From Desulfobulbaceae bacterium (lineage in GTDB: Bacteria; Desulfobacterota; Desulfobulbia; Desulfobulbales; SURF-16): a stretch of 64,000 nucleotides of DNA. The position numbers were made by a program, and so were the translations under genes. Location: positions 74,087 through 138,086 of the forward strand of contig JAHLLM010000003.1 of the NCBI GenBank assembly GCA_020444175.1. Direction: 5' to 3'. Of the stretch, positions 20,067 through 29,213 are shown piece after piece (positions within the stretch are counted from its first letter, which is position 1; every line of letters begins with the position of its first letter). Under the pieces are notes generated by a model. The model had not been told where the DNA came from, made no database searches, and saw nothing but the letters and a program-made list of their open reading frames with translations.

Positions 20067-21611
20067 TTAATCAAAAACAGGCACGGAAGGAAAGAGCGAT
20101 GTGTCGGTATGGGGAATAAAACGGGAGCCGGAAAACCGAATCATGAATTCCTGGTTCACATTGAGCTCCAGATAGGTAATTTTGGCAATCAGCTCCTGGC
20201 AGCGCTCCCTGTTGTGCCGATCGAGCAAAACCAGCTCCGCTCCAGCCAGTGAACTGTTGCCAATGGGCTGAAAGACTCCTATGTCAAGATCGGGAAGCAT
20301 GCCGAGAGTGATGGCCTGACGCGGATCAATATGCCTGCCAAAGGCTCCGGCTACAAAAATACGATGCAGATCGGCAAACTCCAGACCTACCTGATTGATA
20401 AGCGTTGTCAGTATCGAATACATGGCAGCCTTTGAACGCATCATGGCATCAAGATCCACCTGCGCCAAAACAACCGGCTCCCCCTGGTCTGCCTCATCGG
20501 CATCCGCCACCACAAAGCCAAGGCCGTCACCGGTGTCAATAAAACGGTCAGGACATGTCTCCTTTTTAAATTTCCCCCGTATATCAATGATGCGGGAGAG
20601 GTAAAAAGCCGCCACCAGATCAATAATACCGGAACCGCAAATCCCTCTGGGCTTGCCGCCGTCAATGGTCCTGTACTTGAGTTCCAGGGTACGGGGGTCA
20701 ATGGTGACATGCTCAATGGCGCCAGGTCCGGCGCGCATACCCATGCGGGCCACCCCTCCCTCAAGGGCGGGGCCTGCCGCTCCGGCACAGGCGATGAGCC
20801 ACTCACTGTTGCCCAGAACGACCTCTGCATTTGTCCCCACATCGATGAGCATGCATGTTTCCTGCTGCTCATCCAGACGGCTTGCCAGTATGCCGGATAT
20901 CAGATCGCCCCCGAAATAACTGCCGATACTGGGCATGATCCAGACCGGGGCCGCAGGATGAATGAGAAGACCGACAGCACCTGCCTGGCAAGGGTCGGGA
21001 CTGTTAACCAAAGGGATATATGGCTCTCGGCAGAGATAATAGGGATTCAAATTTAAGAAAAGATGCACCATGGTGGTGTTGCCGCTCACAGACAGAGCTC
21101 GAATTTTCTGTCGCGCAACACCGGCCTGCAAGGCAAGATCTTCAGCCAGATCATTAATAGTTGCGACAATGGAGTTGTGCAGCCGTGACAAACCATCATC
21201 TTTTACTGCAAAATGAATGCGGCTGAGAATATCTGCGCCATACTCAATCTGGCTGTTTTCACGATTTGCCCTGGTGAGAATCTTTCCATCCAGCAAGTTG
21301 ACAAGGCTTGCTTCAAGATGCGTTGTCCCCAGATCAAGAGCCATGGCGGGTAGGACCGAGCACGGCTCCTCCTGGAAATCAACAAGCAGAGGGCCGTTCG
21401 GCATGTCATTGACAAAGGCGGTTCCCTTAAACTGTGCTTTTCGGAAATTTTGCGCCACCTCGGCCATCCGCTCCAGAGGAATAGCGGGCATGATTCTGCT
21501 TTTCGCAAAAATTGCTTTTTTCAACCGGTCAAGATCACCGGTGTTATCCTGCAGGCTTGGCGGATTGGCTTCAACATCAATGGTGTAAACAAATGAAGGC
21601 ATAATAAACAA
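20067..21611 (-). CDS. ASKHA-fold ATPase, DUF4445/RACo-like (no ferredoxin domain)
   Basis: The phosphate-1-like ALDLGTTHLEASL and the DVGTNAE / GAAGPALEGG motifs are typical of the C-terminal ASKHA domain of corrinoid reductive activators. There is no N-terminal Cys cluster. Confidence 0.55.
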   Translation of the reverse strand: MFIMPSFVYTIDVEANPPSLQDNTGDLDRLKKAIFAKSRIMPAIPLERMAEVAQNFRKAQFKGTAFVNDMPNGPLLVDFQEEPCSVLPAMALDLGTTHLEASLVNLLDGKILTRANRENSQIEYGADILSRIHFAVKDDGLSRLHNSIVATINDLAEDLALQAGVARQKIRALSVSGNTTMVHLFLNLNPYYLCREPYIPLVNSPDPCQAGAVGLLIHPAAPVWIMPSIGSYFGGDLISGILASRLDEQQETCMLIDVGTNAEVVLGNSEWLIACAGAAGPALEGGVARMGMRAGPGAIEHVTIDPRTLELKYRTIDGGKPRGICGSGIIDLVAAFYLSRIIDIRGKFKKETCPDRFIDTGDGLGFVVADADEADQGEPVVLAQVDLDAMMRSKAAMYSILTTLINQVGLEFADLHRIFVAGAFGRHIDPRQAITLGMLPDLDIGVFQPIGNSSLAGAELVLLDRHNRERCQELIAKITYLELNVNQEFMIRFSGSRFIPHTDTSLFPSVPVFD

Positions 21612-21741
21612 AATTCGCTTTTTTGTTCCGGGTTCTGGGTTCTGAATGCCGGAACGTATTTATTTTGAGTATGAGATTCTTGGCAAATATGCTAAATTGG
21701 TTAGTTTTAACATCACAACCATTACTATCACAATACTAATC

Positions 21742-22107
21742 ATGAAAATTCTGGCCATAATGACAGGAGGAGGACTGGGTGCGGTATGCCGCTATCTCCT
21801 CTTTATCTTCGTCCAACGCACTACCTCCCAGGCCTTCCCCTACGGAACCCTGGCCGTCAATCTGGCTGGATCATTTCTCATTGGTTATCTCTGGGCCTTC
21901 TTTGAAGGGACAAGACTCACCGGGGAATGGAAGCTTTTTATTTTTACTGGTTTTCTCGGGGGATTTACAACCTTTTCAACCTTTGCCAGAGAGGCAACCC
22001 AGCTCATGAAGGTGGGGGAATATAAAACAGCCCTGACCTATATGCTTGTCAGCAATGTGATCGGTATTCTTCTCGTGTTTTCAGGCTTTATGCTTGCCAA
22101 ACGGTGA
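21742..22107 (+). CDS. crcB: Fluoride ion channel CrcB/FluC
   Basis: 121 aa from MKILAIMTGGGLGAVCRY. Contains GTLAVNLAGSFLIG and GFLGGFTTFSTF, the canonical CrcB motifs. Confidence 0.85.
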   Translation: MKILAIMTGGGLGAVCRYLLFIFVQRTTSQAFPYGTLAVNLAGSFLIGYLWAFFEGTRLTGEWKLFIFTGFLGGFTTFSTFAREATQLMKVGEYKTALTYMLVSNVIGILLVFSGFMLAKR

Positions 22108-23306
22108 TCTCTTTGCCCCTGCTCCTCTACACATATCTTATCACCGAGACACTGGCCCCCTTTTTTGCCAGCCTGCTCATTTTTACAGGAATTCTTTTTC
22201 TGGGCAGACTTGTACAGATCTTTGACCTCATCGTCAATTTTGGCATCAGTTTTCCCGATTTCATCAGGCTCTGTGCCTATATAGCCCCCAACCTCTTTCT
22301 CTTTGCCATTCCCATGGCAAGCATGCTGGGTGTAATTCTCTGCTTTACCAGGATGAGCAGCGCTAATGAGCTTATTGCCCTGAAAGCAGGCGGTACAGGC
22401 CTCTATCGCCTGCTGCCGCCAATTATTTTTATTGCCCTCTGCACTGCATTGCTGACCGGCTACACGGCAACAACACTTATTCCGAAAAGTACGGTTGCCA
22501 TGAAAAAACTTTTTTTCCAACTTGCCAAAGAAAAAATAGATAAAGGGCTTCAGGCCAAACAGTTCAGTGAAGAGCTGAGCAAAGGCGTGGTGCTCTATAT
22601 TGACCAGAAAGAACAGGAAAGCCGGAAATGGAAAGGCGTCTATGTTTCAGATGCCAGGGACCCGGAAAATCCTCTTACCATCATGGCCAGCTCCGGCAAA
22701 CTGGATGCGGACATAGACAAAATGCAGCTCACTGTTCAACTTGATAACGGGTCCATACACCTGGCTAAAAGAACCATGACCCAGACGATCTTCTTTGATT
22801 CTTATATTCTCAATGTCCCGGTTCGTCCCCCGGAATACATAGACGGAGAAAGAGCAACATATATCGGAAAGCGGGGCATGACCCAGCAGGAAATACGAGA
22901 CTACCTGGACAGCCATCCTCCTTCTTCATCCGGAAGTATTGCCAGACTCATTGAATACCATTCCCGTATTGCTTTACCGGGCGGCTGCTTCATTCTTACC
23001 ATACTGGCCCTGCCCCTGGCGCTCCGCAACCGCCCGGGCCAACCGGCCATCGGCGTCCCCATCGGTCTGCTCCTCTTTATCTGTTATTATGTACTGATGA
23101 CCATCGCCAGAAACATGAGCGAAGGAGGAACACTTCCCATAGGCCTTGTCCAGTGGGTACCAAACTTCGTTTTTGCCTTATTAACCCTCTATCTCCTGCG
23201 CATTGCCAACAGGGAGAGCGGCAACAAATTCCTGGAATTCATCATGGACTCCATTTTCAAGTTAAAAAAATACCTGCCGCTCAAAAGAGGAGGGAACAAA
23301 TCGTGA
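22104..23306 (+). CDS. lptF: LPS export ABC permease LptF (YjgP/YjgQ family)
   Basis: GTG start overlapping the crcB stop (GTGA). 400 aa with 3+3 TM helices and a central periplasmic domain. N-terminus YLITETLAPFFASLLIF is typical of the family. Confidence 0.8.
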   Translation: MISLPLLLYTYLITETLAPFFASLLIFTGILFLGRLVQIFDLIVNFGISFPDFIRLCAYIAPNLFLFAIPMASMLGVILCFTRMSSANELIALKAGGTGLYRLLPPIIFIALCTALLTGYTATTLIPKSTVAMKKLFFQLAKEKIDKGLQAKQFSEELSKGVVLYIDQKEQESRKWKGVYVSDARDPENPLTIMASSGKLDADIDKMQLTVQLDNGSIHLAKRTMTQTIFFDSYILNVPVRPPEYIDGERATYIGKRGMTQQEIRDYLDSHPPSSSGSIARLIEYHSRIALPGGCFILTILALPLALRNRPGQPAIGVPIGLLLFICYYVLMTIARNMSEGGTLPIGLVQWVPNFVFALLTLYLLRIANRESGNKFLEFIMDSIFKLKKYLPLKRGGNKS

Positions 23307-24385
23307 CCCTGCTTGACCGGTATATTTTCAGACAATTTTTCCAGAACCTGCTCCTGGTGCTCGGCTCACTTGTGGCAATTTACCTGTTGGTTGATTTTTT
23401 TGAACGAATTGACGACTTTACAGAAAAAGGCAAACCTCTCAGCCTGGCAGTCAAATACTTTATCCTGAAAATTCCTTTTATTTATGATCAGATGTCTCCG
23501 GTATGCATTCTCCTGGCAGGAATCATAACACTGGGCCTGCTGAATCGAAACCACGAGCTCATGTCGTTTAATGCCGGCGGCCTCAGTGTCAACAGGATCA
23601 TTCTTCCACTGCTGGCAGCATCATTTCTTTTCACCCTCTTTACCATTGCCAGCGCCCAGTGGATCCTGCCGCCAACGGTCAGTAAAACAAATACAATATG
23701 GCATGAAGAAGTCCACAACCGTATTGCCAACGGCATTGTACGTGACGGGCAGGTTTTTTATAAAGGGGAAAACGGCATTTATTCCTTTCACCGGCCGGAT
23801 CCGACCCGCCACTCTTTTACTGAGTTTGCCTACACGGCCTTTAACGAAAACTATGACGTCATTCTCTATCTCACGGCAAACTCGGCAACATGGTCAAAAA
23901 AAGGCTGGATATTTGAAAACGGCCAGCAGAAAACCCTGAATGGTGACGGGCAATACGATCTAAAACTCTATTCCACTTTGCAATTACAGCTTCCCGACTC
24001 ACCGGAGAACTTTTTCATCCCTGCTTACAGGGTTGACGAATTATCTCTTTTCCAACTCCTGCAGAACGCCCTGACGGATTATCGTAATGGAGACAGACAG
24101 GGACTGGTTGATGTCAACAAAAGGTTTTCTTTCATTTTTCTGGGTATTCCGCTCCTTATTCTGTCAATTCCGATCATCCTTTTTATGCATAAAAAATGGA
24201 ACCGCGACCTGGCGATGGCTATCCCCATGAGCTGCAGCCTGGCCTTTATAGCCTGGGCATTATGGAGTGCGACCCAGTCGCTCAGCCAGGCGGCATATAT
24301 GAATCCCATAGCTGCATCCTGGACAATCCACCTCCTGCTGACACTGGTGGGGGGGGGCATGCTCTGGGGGGTGAACCGATCGTAA
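23303..24385 (+). CDS. lptG: LPS export ABC permease LptG (YjgP/YjgQ family)
   Basis: GTG start (VTLLDRYIFRQFF) overlapping the lptF stop. Same topology as LptF. Confidence 0.8.
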   Translation: MTLLDRYIFRQFFQNLLLVLGSLVAIYLLVDFFERIDDFTEKGKPLSLAVKYFILKIPFIYDQMSPVCILLAGIITLGLLNRNHELMSFNAGGLSVNRIILPLLAASFLFTLFTIASAQWILPPTVSKTNTIWHEEVHNRIANGIVRDGQVFYKGENGIYSFHRPDPTRHSFTEFAYTAFNENYDVILYLTANSATWSKKGWIFENGQQKTLNGDGQYDLKLYSTLQLQLPDSPENFFIPAYRVDELSLFQLLQNALTDYRNGDRQGLVDVNKRFSFIFLGIPLLILSIPIILFMHKKWNRDLAMAIPMSCSLAFIAWALWSATQSLSQAAYMNPIAASWTIHLLLTLVGGGMLWGVNRS

Positions 24386-25200
24386 TGAAAAAAACGCAGC
24401 AAAGCCAGAATAGATCACCGGATTTTCTCTCATCAGCCAGCATCCCCCACGGCGCCCATGTGGGCATAGTGGGTGTGCCGCCCCTGGCTGTTATTGAGAA
24501 ACTTCATGAAGCCAGAGCCATTATCTTTGACCTGGACGAACCCCAGGTCAAAGCGGATATGGAACTGACCGCAGCCCATCTGCCCCGGGTCTACTGCGCT
24601 ATTCTGCGTACGGTTGTCCTGAATGCACTGCACCTCAAACTTGACATGATTTTTATTGACGTCGGCCCTGGAAAATGTGACTGCGCTTTCCATGTCTCCA
24701 CAGTGCTGCTGGACATACTTGATATTCCGATAATCCGCACCCGCAATGAGGATAGCGTCTCTTTTGGCAATCCCATCTGCCAGACACAAATGAACCTGCT
24801 GGAAAAACTGAAAAAAATCACCAAAGGAGTCCAGAGCTCCGTGGCCTTTGAAGTGAACGAATACCCACCGTGCAAACCGACTGCAGGATTCTGGGGAGTG
24901 CCGCCCAGGGATTTCTCTCTACTGACACTCTTTCCCGATACAACCCATATATATGGCTGGACGCGCTGCATGGAAAATAAAACCCCGGCAGACACCACCC
25001 TTGAGGAGCAGTTTAACGCCGATATCCCTACAATCTTCTTTGCCCAGTCGTTCTGCGCAAAAACAGCCCTGGCAAAATTTCTGGCTACACGCCACCCAAA
25101 AGCGCTCTATCTGGATGTGGATGTTACCTGCAGCAGCAGCACCCGGGCAAAAATCCAGGCCTTTCTTGAACTGTCAGGTGTTCCCCATGTTGCTCGCTGA
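24385..25200 (+). CDS. Hypothetical protein, possibly a 2-hydroxyacyl-CoA dehydratase-like / activase-partner family member
   Basis: The ATG shares 1 nt with the lptG stop (TAATG). 271 aa with scattered conserved-looking Cys (GKCDCAF, NPICQ). The assignment rests mainly on adjacency to a BadF-type ATPase. Confidence 0.35.
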   Translation: MKKTQQSQNRSPDFLSSASIPHGAHVGIVGVPPLAVIEKLHEARAIIFDLDEPQVKADMELTAAHLPRVYCAILRTVVLNALHLKLDMIFIDVGPGKCDCAFHVSTVLLDILDIPIIRTRNEDSVSFGNPICQTQMNLLEKLKKITKGVQSSVAFEVNEYPPCKPTAGFWGVPPRDFSLLTLFPDTTHIYGWTRCMENKTPADTTLEEQFNADIPTIFFAQSFCAKTALAKFLATRHPKALYLDVDVTCSSSTRAKIQAFLELSGVPHVAR

Positions 25201-25852
25201 TTTCGGCACCTCATATTGCAAATTTCTCGACCTGGCAGGACAGGATCGGGAACCGTATATGCTGCCCACCAAGAAGCTGCCTAAAGGCTTACATGTGGAT
25301 CTCGCCACCGGGCATAACGGCAAACGGTTCAGCGAGCATTATGTCAACGAGCTGACTGCCCTGGCCAGGGGGGGGGAAGAGCTTATTCGCTCCAGGGATT
25401 ATGTTCTGCTTGACTGCGGCAGCCGGGACATAAAATATGTCACCTATAAAAACGGCGAACTGGCGGACATGGGCTGGAACAGCGAGTGCGGGGCCTCCAT
25501 GGGTTTTACTATCGAACTGCTGGAACGCTATTATGATCTCGATTATGCCCATCTTGCCGTTCCCAAAACAACATTTTCCGTGACCTGCGGCGTGCTCGGC
25601 ATGAGCCATATCTTTGACGCGGTGACATCGGGCATATCAGAAGCCGAGGCCGTTGCCCGGTTCGTCAAAGGTATTGCCATTAATGCCTACCGCTTCTGTG
25701 GATCGCCGGAAACCCTTTATCTTTCCGGCGGACTATGCGACAACCCTCTTTTTGTCGGCAGCTTTCCCTGCAAAGTTGTTGCCCTTGGCAGATACGTACT
25801 CATAAAAGGCCTGGAAGCAACCGCCGGAAACCATTTGTCCCTTGCCCCATGA
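25187..25852 (+). CDS. BadF/BadG/BcrA/BcrD-type ATPase (acyl-CoA dehydratase activase-like)
   Basis: N-terminal LLADFGTSYCKF (phosphate-1), LLDCGSRDIKY, and LYLSGGLCDNPLF near the C-terminus. The start overlaps the upstream gene by 14 nt. Confidence 0.6.
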   Translation: MLLADFGTSYCKFLDLAGQDREPYMLPTKKLPKGLHVDLATGHNGKRFSEHYVNELTALARGGEELIRSRDYVLLDCGSRDIKYVTYKNGELADMGWNSECGASMGFTIELLERYYDLDYAHLAVPKTTFSVTCGVLGMSHIFDAVTSGISEAEAVARFVKGIAINAYRFCGSPETLYLSGGLCDNPLFVGSFPCKVVALGRYVLIKGLEATAGNHLSLAP

Positions 25853-26031
25853 CAGAACCGAAGAAAACCCAGTCAAGGCCGAACTGTTTTAAGTGTCGCC
25901 ACTTTTTCATCACCTATGAACCCTCCCACCCTTATGGCTGTCGGGTCATGGGATTTAAGTCCAAAAAACTGCCCTCCATCACAGTCTACGAAAGCTCAGG
26001 CCTGGAATGTCAGGTCTTTGAAATAAAGTAA
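25849..26031 (+). CDS. Small 60-aa Cys-containing protein, translationally coupled to the activase-like gene
   Basis: ATGA overlap with the upstream stop. Sequence MTEPKKTQSRPNCFKCRHFF...YGCRVMGF...LECQVF has four Cys. Confidence 0.4.
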   Translation: MTEPKKTQSRPNCFKCRHFFITYEPSHPYGCRVMGFKSKKLPSITVYESSGLECQVFEIK

Positions 26032-26213
26032 CTTTTCCCGGCTATCTCCTTTCATGTTGGCTTTTTAAGCAAATTTATGACATGATTTGGATATCTTTTT
26101 TTCAAAATCCTAACATAGCAAAAACGGATGGATTATATTTTTTTACTTCTCCCGCGTTGAGAGCCTTTTAATCTTCCGCAAACAGGTGCAGCAACTACCT
26201 TTAATCTAACCCG

Positions 26214-28775
26214 ATGAGCGACAAAAATAAATCCATCATAACCGTTGGCATCTCAATCGTTATCCTTGCTGCAATTTTTCTCTATCAGGGAATAAGTCAT
26301 TATAATGAACTTCTTGAGCAGTCGATTACCATCCAGGAAAAGAGCCTGCGTGATCATTTGAATATTCTTGAGAAATACTCCTTCACCCCCTACAACCGGC
26401 GTATTTCAAACATGCTGCAAAACAACCCGGAGATTGTTGCCGCTTTTGCCGAGCGGGACCGGGAAAAACTTTTCCGACTCACCTCCCCCAAATATGAAGG
26501 GCTGAAAAAAGAAAATCCCTCCTTCGAAATTCTGCATTTCCACCTGCCGGACGGCATAACCCTGCTCCGCATGCATAACCCCAATTTTTATGGTGACGAT
26601 TTGAGTCAAGTCAGACCGCTGATTCATGACGTCAATGAGACAAAAAAACAACTTTACGGTTTTGAAATCGGTCGACATGGTCCGTTCTACAGAGTGGCTC
26701 AGCCTGTTTTTTTTCAAGGAAAATATATTGGCATCGTGGAATACGGCATCAGAGTTCATCAGATTCTCCTTGCCGCACAAACCCATCTGGTCTCTAACGC
26801 AGCATCATATTTTCTGGCATCTGAATGGCAGAAAATTGAATTTTCCGTCCACGAATACACAATGAAGCCTTATGGACGCTTTCTGTTAAACACCCACAAC
26901 CATCCCCTTTATCAGCAATTACCCGGGCAAACAAACTTTGAACAATCTCTCCAGGTGGTCAAGATTAACAACAACCAATATATCCTGCACAGCCAACCGA
27001 TTTTTAAGGATAGCAAGAACCGCATCATTGGCGGCATTACCGTGTTGCAGGACATAACCTCGCTGGTTACTCAAAAAAATAAATTTATTATTCAATCGGT
27101 TCTTCTTTTCAGCGTTCTCACCTTTATCTGTCTTGCCACTCTCATCATAAGTTTCAACAGGCTTGTCAAAAATCTTGAAAAATCAAAAATAAATCTCCAG
27201 AAGACGGTGCAAACTCTCATAGGCGAGGTTGGTGAACGTGAGGCAGCTGAAAAAAACGCACTCCTTGCCCAGGAAGAATGGGAAAAAACATTCAATGCCA
27301 TGAGTGATATCATTACCATTCAGGACAAAAACATGAATATTGTCAGGGCCAACACCGCTGCTTATACCTTTTTCGAGGCAAACCCGGAGGAACTGGACGG
27401 AAAAAAATGCTACTCAATATTCCGCGATTCCTCCTTACCCTGCCCTGGATGTCCGGCCAAAGATTCCATGACAGATGCTGTCCGGCATTCGGAAATCATT
27501 GAACACGAAAGACTTGGCAAAACCTTTGAGGTCTCAACCGCCCCGATCCTGAACAAAAAAAATGAAATAGAACATCTTGTCCATGTAGCCAAAGATATTT
27601 CCGATAAAAAAAGGCTTGAGCAAGAACTCCTGCAGGCCCAAAAGATGGAAGCAATAGGCACTCTTGCCGGTGGCATTGCCCACGATTTCAACAATCTTCT
27701 TTCCGCCATCCTGGGATTTTCAGAGCTGGCAAAGATTGATATCAAACAAGGGGGACATCCCCTGTCTGACGTTGACGAGATTATTTCCGCAGCCAAAAGG
27801 GCCTCTGAACTCGTTAAGCAGATACTGACCTTCAGCCGGAAGAAAGCCCACAAACTTTACCCTCTGCAACCTCAGTTTATTATTAAAGAGGCCTTGAAGC
27901 TGCTGCGTTCCTCTTTGCCGTCCACCATCAGCATTGAAGATGAAATTGATACTGAGTGCGAATATATTCTGGCTGACCCCACCCAGATTCATCAAATCAT
28001 GATGAATCTGTGCACGAATGCCGTGCATTCCATGGAAAATGAAAAAGGCACATTACGTGTCGCCCTGTCCATGAAAAATATTGAGGCCGAAGAGATTCCG
28101 GAAAAAGATGTGGACCCCGGCCAGTTTGTTATCCTGTCCATTAGCGATACCGGGCAGGGTATGGACAAAGCAACCATGGAACGAATTTTTGACCCCTACT
28201 TCACAACCAAGGACGTGGGTAAGGGAACCGGCCTTGGCCTGGCGGTCACCCATGGAATTATCAAAGACTACAAGGGATTTATTGAGGTACAGAGCACTCC
28301 GGGAGAAGGAACTGCTTTCTCCTTATACTTCCCTACTACCGACAGGAAGCTTTTGATCACTGAATCGAAGGCAGAAGATGAAGCTCTTATTAAGGGGGGA
28401 AATGAACACATCCTTGTTGTTGACGATGAGAATATCATTGTTTCTATGGTGACCTCAATGCTTATTCAATTGGGTTACAGTGTTACTGGAGTAACCGACA
28501 GCCGGGAGGCACTGGAAAAAATTCGCCTTGATCCGGCTGTATTTAATCTGGTCATTACGGACCAGACCATGCCTCATTTGCCAGGCTCGGAGCTGGCGCA
28601 GGAAATACTCAAAATTAACCCGGACATGCCTATTATCCTTTGCAGCGGCTACAGCTCAGTCATTTCTGAACAGGAGGCTTTAGAAATCGGCATCAAAAAA
28701 TTCCTGGCTAAACCTCTGGACAGAAATAAGCTTGCCAGTGAAATCAGAAATGCTCTTGACAGCAAACAATCTTAG
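26214..28775 (+). CDS. Hybrid sensor histidine kinase (Cache-like extracytoplasmic domain, PAS, HisKA, HATPase_c, REC)
   Basis: TM, ~270-aa periplasmic domain, TM, PAS with a Cys cluster (LPCPGCP), H-box GGIAHDFNNLL, GTGLGLA, REC (VVDDEN...TDQTMP). Confidence 0.9.
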   Translation: MSDKNKSIITVGISIVILAAIFLYQGISHYNELLEQSITIQEKSLRDHLNILEKYSFTPYNRRISNMLQNNPEIVAAFAERDREKLFRLTSPKYEGLKKENPSFEILHFHLPDGITLLRMHNPNFYGDDLSQVRPLIHDVNETKKQLYGFEIGRHGPFYRVAQPVFFQGKYIGIVEYGIRVHQILLAAQTHLVSNAASYFLASEWQKIEFSVHEYTMKPYGRFLLNTHNHPLYQQLPGQTNFEQSLQVVKINNNQYILHSQPIFKDSKNRIIGGITVLQDITSLVTQKNKFIIQSVLLFSVLTFICLATLIISFNRLVKNLEKSKINLQKTVQTLIGEVGEREAAEKNALLAQEEWEKTFNAMSDIITIQDKNMNIVRANTAAYTFFEANPEELDGKKCYSIFRDSSLPCPGCPAKDSMTDAVRHSEIIEHERLGKTFEVSTAPILNKKNEIEHLVHVAKDISDKKRLEQELLQAQKMEAIGTLAGGIAHDFNNLLSAILGFSELAKIDIKQGGHPLSDVDEIISAAKRASELVKQILTFSRKKAHKLYPLQPQFIIKEALKLLRSSLPSTISIEDEIDTECEYILADPTQIHQIMMNLCTNAVHSMENEKGTLRVALSMKNIEAEEIPEKDVDPGQFVILSISDTGQGMDKATMERIFDPYFTTKDVGKGTGLGLAVTHGIIKDYKGFIEVQSTPGEGTAFSLYFPTTDRKLLITESKAEDEALIKGGNEHILVVDDENIIVSMVTSMLIQLGYSVTGVTDSREALEKIRLDPAVFNLVITDQTMPHLPGSELAQEILKINPDMPIILCSGYSSVISEQEALEIGIKKFLAKPLDRNKLASEIRNALDSKQS

Positions 28776-29213
28776 GTCAGGATTGACTTCCTTTGATCTC
28801 AAAAACGAAAATACGCCACTTGTTTCCCATTCGAAGTTCTTCTTTAAGGGCAACACCTCTCCCTAAACTCCTGGAACCTCTATCAGTCTGTTGAAAAACA
28901 GACAAAAAGATGACATCCCTTGTGATTTTTTCTCCAATAACGCATAATTTTATTAACTCAGTGCAGTTTCAAATCGATATCATTCTCGGACTTTACGTTA
29001 AAGCTTTCGCCTTTAACCTCTCCAAGACAGGTTAAACAGACAGGCTTTATAAGAGTACAAAGCATGCAAAACGAACAAAGCAAAGGCCAGCCTCTAAAGA
29101 CTATATCCCTATGGTCCGACTGAACTACGAAAAATACGGAGATGAAGTCGGACTTCTCCTCCATGGGGAGAGTGATGAGAAAAGCCCATTTGGTCAATAA
29201 CGGAGTGATCTGA

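Noticed and set aside
21612-21741. Possible fluoride riboswitch (crcB motif) upstream of crcB
   Set aside because: I could not find the conserved crcB-motif core or its pseudoknot partners. The region is A/T-rich, with only a generic hairpin (gttccgg...ccggaac).
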